The notes beneath the pieces were generated by a model. The model was not told where the DNA came from and searched no databases. It was given only the letters and a program-made list of their open reading frames with translations. The translations under genes and the position numbers were made by a program. Positions 1 through 6,098 of a stretch of DNA of 35,795 bases are shown piece by piece (positions within the stretch are counted from its first letter, which is position 1; every line of letters begins with the position of its first letter). The stretch is from a virus, in the IMG/VR virus record IMGVR_UViG_3300045988_018861. One strand, written 5' to 3'.

Positions 1-265
1 CGCCGGAGGCAGTGGCGCAGCTACCGCCGGAGACTTTGGCGCAGCTACCGCCGGAGACAGTGGCGCAGCTACCGCCGGAGGCAGTGGCGCAGCTACCGCC
101 GGAGACTTTGGCGCAGCTACCGCCGGAAACTTTGGCGCAGCTACCGCCGGAGACAGTGGCGCAGCTACCGCCGGATTCCGTGGCGCAGCTACCGCCGGAT
201 TCCGTGGCGCAGCTACCGCCGGAGGCAGTGGCGCAGCTACCGCCGGAGACTTTGGCGCAGCTACA
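1..265 (+). repeat. 24-nt tandem repeat array (about 11 units) inside a coding region; encodes A-T-A-G-x-x-G-A octapeptides
   Basis: Unit is ggcgcagctaccgccgga plus a 6-nt variable patch (gacttt, gacagt, ggcagt, aacttt, ttccgt). It continues the array at 35629-35795. Confidence 0.95.
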
Positions 266-493
266 TCGCGCGGGAGCGCGTCGGTTGGCACAAATGGCAT
301 TGCGTGCGCGCGCGGTTGTGCGCCTATGGCAAGAGGCGGCATCGGCGCCGTGCTGGTGCTCGTCGAAGAGCCATCTAGCAGCTATAACATTGCGCACTGG
401 AAAGCCGTCGAAGTCGATGGCAAAACGGTGAAGGCGGATACGTGGTATCGGCTGAAAAATGGCGAGCTTATGGAAGCAGGTGACGACGAATGA
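2..493 (+). CDS. C-terminal part of the octapeptide-repeat protein (5' part lies at 35275-35795); not in the ORF track because it has no ATG in the window
   Basis: Frame 2 is open from position 2 to TGA at 491-493. It reads AGGSGAATAGDFGAATAGDSGAAT...SRGSASVGTNGIACARG...WKAVEVDGKTVKADTWYRLKNGELMEAGDDE. Confidence 0.85.
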   Translation, partial: AGGSGAATAGDFGAATAGDSGAATAGGSGAATAGDFGAATAGNFGAATAGDSGAATAGFRGAATAGFRGAATAGGSGAATAGDFGAATSRGSASVGTNGIACARGCAPMARGGIGAVLVLVEEPSSSYNIAHWKAVEVDGKTVKADTWYRLKNGELMEAGDDE

Positions 494-645
494 AGGTATT
501 CGGAGACCCGCGCGCGCGGGCAAAGGCGCGCAAATACATTGTGTGGGGCATCGAGGACGGCATCGTCTGTGCGAGCTTCCTCGGCGGCATTGCGCTGGCC
601 GGGTGGGTGTTTCACGTAATCTTCACGGCGCTGGGGGTGGCATGA
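490..645 (+). CDS. Small membrane protein (51 aa), below the ORF-track size cutoff
   Basis: MKVFGDPRARAKARKYIVWGIEDGIVCASFLGGIALAGWVFHVIFTALGVA. ATGA start/stop overlaps at both ends (490-493 and 642-645). AGGTGA lies 8 nt upstream. C-terminal hydrophobic helix. Confidence 0.55.
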   Translation: MKVFGDPRARAKARKYIVWGIEDGIVCASFLGGIALAGWVFHVIFTALGVA

Positions 646-1037
646 TGCAGCACCTCGGTGACATCACAAAACTCGACGGCGCGACCATCGATCCGGTGTG
701 GTGCGTGACGGGTGGCAGCCCATGTCAGGATCTGAGCATCGCTGGCAAGCGCGCCGGTCTCGCAGGCGCGCGAAGCGGCCTGTTTATGGAGCAAATCAGA
801 GTGATAAAGGAGATGCGGGAGCATGACAAACAGCTTGGCTGGGCAGGAGAGCTTATTCGTCCCAGATACATGGTCTGGGAAAACGTCCCCGGAGCGCTCA
901 GCAGCAACAGAGGACGAGACTTCGCGGCCGTGCTCGAAGAGACGATCCGCATCGTCGAACCGGAAGCCCCCGGTATTGAAGTGCCTACAAAAGGCTGGCC
1001 TACCTGGGGCGGGTATCGGGACGTGGACGGACGATGA
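642..1037 (+). CDS. DNA (cytosine-5) methyltransferase fragment, motifs IV and VI only; ends at an in-frame TGA
   Basis: MMQHLGDITKLDG...GGSPCQDLS (PCQ at 720-728) and MVWENVPG (ENVPG at 879-893). The start overlaps the upstream ORF's stop (ATGA). No motif I upstream. Confidence 0.8.
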   Translation: MMQHLGDITKLDGATIDPVWCVTGGSPCQDLSIAGKRAGLAGARSGLFMEQIRVIKEMREHDKQLGWAGELIRPRYMVWENVPGALSSNRGRDFAAVLEETIRIVEPEAPGIEVPTKGWPTWGGYRDVDGR

Positions 1038-2097
1038 AGTGTGGCTTGGCGAGTCCACGACGCGCAATACTGGGGAGTGCCCCAGCGTCGCCGTCGAATC
1101 GCGCTTGTCGCAGATTTTGGAGGCGACACCGCCCACGAAATACTGTTTGAGCGCGCGGGCGTGTCAGGGAATCTTGAACCGCGCGGCGAGGCGGGGGAAA
1201 GCCCTACCGGAAATGCTGAAAGCGGCGTTAATCCGGCAGTCACAAGAAGTATCACCGCAAGAGCGGATGGAAGCCCCTGCGCTGTGCGCCGCCTTTAAGC
1301 TAGGCAACAGTGAACAGGCGCGGAGCATCGGCTATCAGGAGGAGCTGTCCCCTACACTGAACGCCGAGTGCGGCGGGAATAAGCCTGCTGTGGTTACACC
1401 TGCGGCATACGGCATCTGCTCTTACGCCAGCAACAGTATGAAATCATCGAACCCGCACAGCGGCGTCTACAAAGCGGACACCAGCCGGACGCTTGACCTG
1501 AATGGCGGGAATCCGGCTTGCAATCAGGGTGGCATTGCCGTGGTGCAAAGGGCGTATCAGATGCAGGGCTTTGGCGATTACCGCGAAGCTGACGTCGCCA
1601 GCTCCTGCAAACAGCGAGACTACAAGGACAGCACAGATCTGGTTATCGGAATTGACGGAGAATGCAATGCCTATATAGAACAATATGGCACACTGCGAGC
1701 GCACGCGAGCGGCGGTGCGGAAGAAACGCTTATGCATCGCATGGTCGTGCGGCGTCTGACCCCGCTGGAATGTGAACGGCTTCAGGGATTTCCGGATGGC
1801 TGGACGGACATCGGCGACTACACCGACAGCACCGGCAAGAAGCGCAAGACCTCCGACAGCGCGCGGTACAAGGCGCTCGGCAACAGCATCGCGCTGCCGT
1901 TCTGGCGCTGGATGTTCGGGCGCATGGCGGCCTATCTGCCGGAAGGTGCGACACTCGGCAGCCTGTTTGATGGCATCGGCGGATTCCCGCTGTGCTGGGA
2001 GGATGTACACGGTGTCGGGACGGCAATCTGGGCAAGCGAGATTGAGGAGTTTCCAATCGCCGTGACGAAAAAGAGATTTGGAGGGGTAAAAACATGA
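823..2097 (+). CDS. DNA (cytosine-5) methyltransferase, target-recognition region + motifs IX, X and then motif I at the C-terminus; overlaps 642-1298 in the +1 frame
   Basis: RRLTPLECERLQGFPDGW (1750-1794), YKALGNSIALP (GNS at 1879-1887), then GSLFDGIGGFP...WASEIEEFPIAVTKKRF (FDGIGG at 1966-1983). AAGGAG at 807-812 precedes ATG 823. The frame is open from 805 to 2097. Confidence 0.85.
   Translation: MTNSLAGQESLFVPDTWSGKTSPERSAATEDETSRPCSKRRSASSNRKPPVLKCLQKAGLPGAGIGTWTDDEVWLGESTTRNTGECPSVAVESRLSQILEATPPTKYCLSARACQGILNRAARRGKALPEMLKAALIRQSQEVSPQERMEAPALCAAFKLGNSEQARSIGYQEELSPTLNAECGGNKPAVVTPAAYGICSYASNSMKSSNPHSGVYKADTSRTLDLNGGNPACNQGGIAVVQRAYQMQGFGDYREADVASSCKQRDYKDSTDLVIGIDGECNAYIEQYGTLRAHASGGAEETLMHRMVVRRLTPLECERLQGFPDGWTDIGDYTDSTGKKRKTSDSARYKALGNSIALPFWRWMFGRMAAYLPEGATLGSLFDGIGGFPLCWEDVHGVGTAIWASEIEEFPIAVTKKRFGGVKT
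1038..1298 (+). CDS. Same-frame continuation of the methyltransferase after the TGA (motif VIII); possibly pseudogenised or read through
   Basis: SVAWRVHDAQYWGVPQRRRRIALVADFGGDTAHEILFE (QRRRR at 1083-1097). Same frame as 642-1037. Stops at TAA 1296-1298. Confidence 0.6.
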   Translation, partial: SVAWRVHDAQYWGVPQRRRRIALVADFGGDTAHEILFERAGVSGNLEPRGEAGESPTGNAESGVNPAVTRSITARADGSPCAVRRL

Positions 2098-2387
2098 AAA
2101 CCAGACATGATAACGGCGCACCCGCTGTGGAAAGCGTACGCGAGCTGCTGAACCGGCCGCGCTCGAGCGCAGATTTCTCGCCAGCAGCACGCTACGCTGT
2201 TAACAAGCTGTGCGACTATGCTGAACAGGAGCACGAGCAGCGCGAGAAAGCGGAAACCATGCTCTGTAACGAGCGGCGCAAGGCACTTGCGTTCTCTGCC
2301 GAAATGGCGCGGCAGGAACGCACGATCGACGACTTGCGGCAGCAGTTGTCGTTTATGCAGCAGGCGCGGTGGGACGCGGGGGTGTGA
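2094..2387 (+). CDS. Hypothetical protein (coiled-coil-like)
   Basis: ATG with GGAGGGG RBS; start overlaps the upstream stop; 97 aa. Confidence 0.6.
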   Translation: MKTRHDNGAPAVESVRELLNRPRSSADFSPAARYAVNKLCDYAEQEHEQREKAETMLCNERRKALAFSAEMARQERTIDDLRQQLSFMQQARWDAGV

Positions 2388-2389
2388 AT

Positions 2390-2728
2390 ATGGACGTGGC
2401 AGAATTTTTTAGCGAACTCAGACGGATGTGTAAATCGTCCAGTGATTGCGCAAAGTGTGAGTATCATGGTGACAGGTGCGATAACGCCATTGAGCTTCTC
2501 GAAAAAAACGTTGCTGTGGTGGAACAGTGGTCTCTGGAGCATCCGCGCAAGACGCGACAGGACGTGTTTTTGGAACAGTGGCCGGAGGCAAAGATTGAAG
2601 ATGGTATGTTGAAATTATGTCCCTGCATGATTTCCGAGTCGCACAGGGACGCACAAGGTAACTGCGCAACCATACAGCGCCAATGTTCTGACTGCTGCCG
2701 CGAGTTCTGGATGCAGGAGGTGGAGTGA
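2390..2728 (+). CDS. Hypothetical Cys-rich protein
   Basis: MDVAEFFSELRRMCKSSSDCAKCEYHGDRCDN...; ATG 2390 preferred over GTG 2369 (GGGGGTG RBS). Confidence 0.6.
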   Translation: MDVAEFFSELRRMCKSSSDCAKCEYHGDRCDNAIELLEKNVAVVEQWSLEHPRKTRQDVFLEQWPEAKIEDGMLKLCPCMISESHRDAQGNCATIQRQCSDCCREFWMQEVE

Positions 2729-2907
2729 TGGGTTGTGATACTTGTGTATTTTACCCGCCAAGCGCTTGCGACGGTAAACCGTGCTGCGTGTGTGACACTG
2801 ACGATGTATTGTTTAACTGCTATCAACCAGCTTGTGAAAAGGAAGGTGCTGACATGGTTGAATACATCAAGCGTGGAGCGGCGACGCGCGAACTGAAAGA
2901 GGAATAA
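2728..2907 (+). CDS. Hypothetical small Cys-rich protein
   Basis: MGCDTCVFYPPSACDGKPCCVCD...; TGATG overlap with the upstream stop. The C-terminal part carries an internal MVEYIKRGAA motif. Confidence 0.5.
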   Translation: MGCDTCVFYPPSACDGKPCCVCDTDDVLFNCYQPACEKEGADMVEYIKRGAATRELKEE

Positions 2908-2946
2908 CCATGCCGAAAGGTAATGCAAGAATGGAGGACTACTTAA

Positions 2947-3231
2947 ATGATCGCTGAGTATCTTGATAAGGGCAGTTTAGTTGCGCGGATGGGATATTAC
3001 AAGGAGCACACCACTGAGGGATCTGGTGAACATTATGCGTATGGGGTTGCACTGAGAGAGATAAGAAATGCCCCCGCTGCTAACGTTGCGCCGGTGGTGC
3101 GGTGCAAAGACTGCGAATACAGCTACGACGAAATAAGCTATCTGTGCTGTTCGCACGGTGTTTGTGCTGACTGCGAAGTGCCGCCGAACTTCTACTGTGC
3201 AGAGGGGAAAAGAAAGGAGAATGACGAATGA
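2947..3231 (+). CDS. Hypothetical zinc-ribbon-like protein, paralog of 4186-4479
   Basis: MIAEYLDKG...NAPAANVAPVVRCKDCEY...; shares the 21-nt string gttgcgccggtggtgcggtgc with 4186-4479. Confidence 0.65.
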   Translation: MIAEYLDKGSLVARMGYYKEHTTEGSGEHYAYGVALREIRNAPAANVAPVVRCKDCEYSYDEISYLCCSHGVCADCEVPPNFYCAEGKRKENDE

Positions 3232-3506
3232 CAGCAGCAGAAGCGAAAAGGATTATACACCCCGAAACTACGGTAGAAGCGCTTGCAGAAATCAAAGACA
3301 AGAACGCAAAAGTTGCCGCAGTTGATGACGCTTGCTTGGTGGCATGCGCTGCGCTTGATAAGCAGATACCGAAGAAGCCGAGAGAAACAAGGTGCGCTTT
3401 GATGTGCGCAAATTGCGGGCACAAAATCACGGAAAAAGGCTGTAAGAAATTACATAGAAACTACTGCAAAAAATGCGGTCAGCGGATTTTATGGGAGGAT
3501 GAATAA
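3228..3506 (+). CDS. Hypothetical zinc-ribbon protein
   Basis: CANCGHKI...YCKKCGQRI CxxC pairs; ATGA overlap with the upstream stop. Confidence 0.6.
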   Translation: MTAAEAKRIIHPETTVEALAEIKDKNAKVAAVDDACLVACAALDKQIPKKPRETRCALMCANCGHKITEKGCKKLHRNYCKKCGQRILWEDE

Positions 3507-3527
3507 TGGAAGGAGACGGCAGAGAAG

Positions 3528-3584
3528 ATGTCTGAATACATCGAGCGTGAAGCGGCTGTAGCCGCCGGAGGTGGAAAATGCTGA
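3528..3584 (+). pseudogene. 18-aa remnant of an 'EYIERE' family gene start
   Basis: MSEYIEREAAVAAGGGKC stop. The string ctgaatacatcgagcg is shared with the start of 4186-4479. Confidence 0.4.
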
Positions 3585-3919
3585 AGCCAAGTGATCTGAC
3601 GAAGGCGGAACTGCTGCAAGTGGTGGAAATGTTGGCGGAAGCGGCTAACGAATATTATTTGGATCGTGCGCTGGGACGCATCGAAATGCAGCGGAACGAT
3701 GCCCATTACGCAAGATGCCGAAAGCTGATTGACGAAGAGAGAAGACACACCGAGGCATATTTTGAGCTCCTCCGGCCTTATGACGGGCAATCCATTACGA
3801 ATATTCCGCTGGACGTTGTCAAGCGAGCGCAAGCAGAATGGGAGAAAGCCAGGTCTGCGGGAAAAGAGTGGGACAAGCTGAACGGAATCAAACTGAAAGG
3901 GAGGGTAAGTGATGGCTGA
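3578..3919 (+). CDS. Hypothetical protein
   Basis: 113-aa ORF, GGAGGTGG RBS, helical composition. Confidence 0.6.
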   Translation: MLKPSDLTKAELLQVVEMLAEAANEYYLDRALGRIEMQRNDAHYARCRKLIDEERRHTEAYFELLRPYDGQSITNIPLDVVKRAQAEWEKARSAGKEWDKLNGIKLKGRVSDG

Positions 3920-4196
3920 ATACATAAACGAAACGGAAGTGCTGCAGAGAGCGCTGTACACCTATGGATCCGCCCCACAGATTGCGATGGTGTTTGAGGA
4001 AATGAGCGAGCTGCAAAAGGAACTGTGCAAGTACCTGCGCGGCAAATACTCGCTGGCAAACATCGCCGAGGAGATAGCCGACGTGGAGATCGTGCTCGAG
4101 CAAATGAAGATGCTGTTTTGCTGCGCAGATGATGTGCGCAATGAGCGCAGGCGCAAGGTAGAGCGGCTGAAAGAGAGGCTGGACAATGGAACCTGA
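3912..4196 (+). CDS. MazG-like nucleoside triphosphate pyrophosphohydrolase (small, all-alpha)
   Basis: ...MVFEEMSELQKELCKYLRG...IAEEIADVEIVLEQM... matches the EExxE...EE(I/L)aDv pattern of the MazG family. GGGAGGG RBS. Confidence 0.6.
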   Translation: MAEYINETEVLQRALYTYGSAPQIAMVFEEMSELQKELCKYLRGKYSLANIAEEIADVEIVLEQMKMLFCCADDVRNERRRKVERLKERLDNGT

Positions 4197-4479
4197 ATAC
4201 ATCGAGCGGAAAGCGCTGGATAAAGCACTGACGGCCGCCGCGGCACATGACAAGGACAAAAACCGCCGCACATGGGCAAAGGCGATCTGCATTTTGCACG
4301 ATCTACCGGCTGCCGACGTTGCGCCGGTGGTGCGGTGCGAGAATTGCCGCTATGCAATGTGGGTGGAATGGGCGAAGAAATACTCCTGCGGTCAAGTCCG
4401 TGGCCTGTTGGTATTCGGAGATCATTTCTGTGCATTCGGCAAACGAGAGTATGAGAGCAGGCCGCAAGCATCATTATGA
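4186..4479 (+). CDS. Hypothetical zinc-ribbon-like protein, paralog of 2947-3231
   Basis: MEPEYIERKALDKAL...DLPAADVAPVVRCENCRY... Confidence 0.65.
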   Translation: MEPEYIERKALDKALTAAAAHDKDKNRRTWAKAICILHDLPAADVAPVVRCENCRYAMWVEWAKKYSCGQVRGLLVFGDHFCAFGKREYESRPQASL

Positions 4480-4578
4480 CTGCGGCATACATTTTTGCAA
4501 TCGGCTTAGAATGGATTGCCCAGACGATTCGGATTTTTTCTGCTCCTACGGAGAGAGAAAGGACGGAGGTGTAGAATA

Positions 4579-4722
4579 ATGCGAAACCCATGTAAGGACT
4601 GCATCTATTATCACAAGGAGAACAGAACTTGCCAGTCGAAGAAATGCGCTACTGGTGGTAGCGGAAAAGTATCTTGGATTGATAAATTGTTCTGTGCTCC
4701 ACGCAAAAAGGATGGACGGTGA
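4579..4722 (+). CDS. Small Cys-rich hypothetical protein
   Basis: MRNPCKDCIYYHKENRTCQSKKC...; GGAGGTG RBS lies before ATG 4579, so the longer 4516 start was rejected. Confidence 0.5.
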   Translation: MRNPCKDCIYYHKENRTCQSKKCATGGSGKVSWIDKLFCAPRKKDGR

Positions 4723-4727
4723 CAGCG

Positions 4728-4826
4728 ATGCCAAAGCGGATTAACCCACGCCGGAGGCCGGCGACACAGGCAGACGTGCAGCGCGCAAAGGACACGGCAG
4801 GCGTCCGGCGATGCCGGAACATCTAA
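4728..4826 (+). CDS. Possible 32-aa basic peptide (below the track cutoff)
   Basis: MPKRINPRRRPATQADVQRAKDTAGVRRCRNI; weak RBS. Confidence 0.25.
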   Translation: MPKRINPRRRPATQADVQRAKDTAGVRRCRNI

Positions 4827-4844
4827 AAACAGGAGGAAACAACA

Positions 4845-5078
4845 ATGGAAGCAAACACAATGTGGGAAGACGCGCGCAACGACGCGCACAGCGCCGCGCA
4901 CAACAGGGCATGCCTCGACATCCTGACGAATGCGATCTTCAACTCCGCCCGGCTGAACTATAGCGGTGAAAAACTCGCCTTCGACGACGACGAGCTTTGT
5001 ACCGTGCTTCGGGCAATGTACCCGAATGATTACGACAGCGTGCTCGTAAATCTGCAAGCGATCAAGGCGGGCGAATGA
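4845..5078 (+). CDS. Hypothetical protein
   Basis: AGGAGGAAACAACA-ATG; 77 aa. Confidence 0.65.
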   Translation: MEANTMWEDARNDAHSAAHNRACLDILTNAIFNSARLNYSGEKLAFDDDELCTVLRAMYPNDYDSVLVNLQAIKAGE

Positions 5079-5091
5079 AAGGAGAAACACA

Positions 5092-5415
5092 ATGCCGACT
5101 GAATTCCCGTTTGAACGCGCTGCGATGAATGACGAAGATATGCAGAGAGGCCTTGACATCGCAGACGCTTGTTTTTATACCGCTCTGCGGATTATTTACA
5201 AGGCGTATCATAATGGGGTTATCGATAGGAAAACCGGTGTAGAGCTAAAAAAGCAGCTTTCTCGCGCCTATAAAAGCGATAAGAGCGAAGTTGAGTTTTT
5301 AGAGCGAAGTGCGCTTGCTCTGAACGATCGAATCAAAAAAGCGTCGGAGGCATATAAATCCCATCGCACGCTTAAAAACGCCGACGAGCTTTACAACGCA
5401 TTTTACAATCTATAA
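5092..5415 (+). CDS. Hypothetical protein
   Basis: AAGGAGAAACACA-ATG; 107 aa; followed by a terminator. Confidence 0.65.
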   Translation: MPTEFPFERAAMNDEDMQRGLDIADACFYTALRIIYKAYHNGVIDRKTGVELKKQLSRAYKSDKSEVEFLERSALALNDRIKKASEAYKSHRTLKNADELYNAFYNL

Positions 5416-5420
5416 TTTTT

Positions 5421-5453
5421 GCCGTCTGTCTTTTGGCAGGCGGCTTCTTGTTG
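5421..5453 (+). terminator. Rho-independent terminator
   Basis: GCCGTCTG / CAGGCGGC stem (one G-U pair), 8-nt loop, then TTCTTGTTG. Confidence 0.55.
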
Positions 5454-5479
5454 CTTACGCCGGGAAAACATGATATAAT
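5451..5479 (+). promoter_or_regulatory. Sigma-70-type promoter for the ParB-like/Mom-like operon
   Basis: TTGCTT, 17-nt spacer, TATAAT preceded by TGa (extended -10). Confidence 0.5.
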
Positions 5480-5492
5480 TTATTAGGAGGCG

Positions 5493-6098
5493 ATGAAATT
5501 GAACGTTGTGTATAAGAAACTCCGCGAAATTACACCGTATGATAAAAATGCGAAAAAGCATGATAAGACCCAGATTGCAAATGTTGCGGAAAGTATCAAG
5601 CAATACGGCTTTGTGCAGCCGATTGTGATTGACCGCGACGGTGTGATTGTTATCGGCCACTGTCGTGCTCTGGCGGCAAAGAAACTTGGCATGAAAGAAG
5701 TGCCGTGTGTCTGTGTGGATGATCTGACGCCGGAGCAGGTGAACGCTCTGCGGCTGGTAGATAATAAGAGCAACGAGAGCGATTGGGACTTTGATCTGCT
5801 GAAAGATGAACTGCCGGAGTTGGATTTGAGCGATTTTGATTTTGATTTTGATTTTGGCTTGCAAGCCGATGGAGAAGATTATTCACAAGATGAATTTGGC
5901 GATGAATTTTCGTTGCCAGATGGCGATAAACCAGAAATCTGCCAAATGACATTTACCCTACACCAACAGCAAAAGGAATTGATTGAATACGCAATTAGCA
6001 TTGTGAAAGATAATGTATCTGAAACATTTGGTAATGCCAACGAAAATGGGAACGCATTGTATGAGGTGATACGGCAATGGGCAGCGCAAAGGAATTGA
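5493..6098 (+). CDS. ParB N-terminal (ParB/Srx-like nuclease) domain protein
   Basis: ...ITPYDKNAKKHDKTQIANVAESIKQYGFVQPIVIDRDGVIVIGHCRALAAKKLGMKEVPCV...LTPEQVNALRLVDNK... Acidic DFDFDFDF linker. Confidence 0.8.
   Translation: MKLNVVYKKLREITPYDKNAKKHDKTQIANVAESIKQYGFVQPIVIDRDGVIVIGHCRALAAKKLGMKEVPCVCVDDLTPEQVNALRLVDNKSNESDWDFDLLKDELPELDLSDFDFDFDFGLQADGEDYSQDEFGDEFSLPDGDKPEICQMTFTLHQQQKELIEYAISIVKDNVSETFGNANENGNALYEVIRQWAAQRN

Noticed and set aside
1-265. Possible CRISPR array (regular short repeats at both window ends)
   Set aside because: The units are contiguous 24-mers with no spacers, lie in one open reading frame and differ only in a 6-nt patch. This is an intragenic tandem repeat, not a repeat-spacer array, and there are no cas genes.
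12-431. 139-aa track ORF translating the repeats as AQLPPET(L/V)...
   Set aside because: It is an out-of-frame reading of the 24-nt array. The frame starting at position 2 joins the ORF from 35275 across the circular junction and extends to a real C-terminal domain and stop at 493. The AQLPPET frame has no partner at the other window end.
1-493. Diversity-generating retroelement target (near-identical repeats with a localised variable patch)
   Set aside because: There is no reverse transcriptase, no template/variable repeat pair, and no adenine-specific substitution pattern anywhere in the window.
1035-1037. Genome-wide TGA reassignment (code 4 or 25) or selenocysteine insertion
   Set aside because: Many well-supported genes here terminate at TGA (for example 491-493, 643-645, 2095-2097, 18094-18096), and all structural genes are intact under the standard code. 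The only downstream hairpin (GTGG...CCAC at about 1041-1058) is too weak to call a SECIS element, and there are no sel genes.
5832-5855. (GATTTT)x4 microsatellite in the ParB-like gene as a phase-variation switch
   Set aside because: The unit is 6 nt, so slippage stays in frame and only changes the length of an acidic DFDF linker. It is not an on/off switch.
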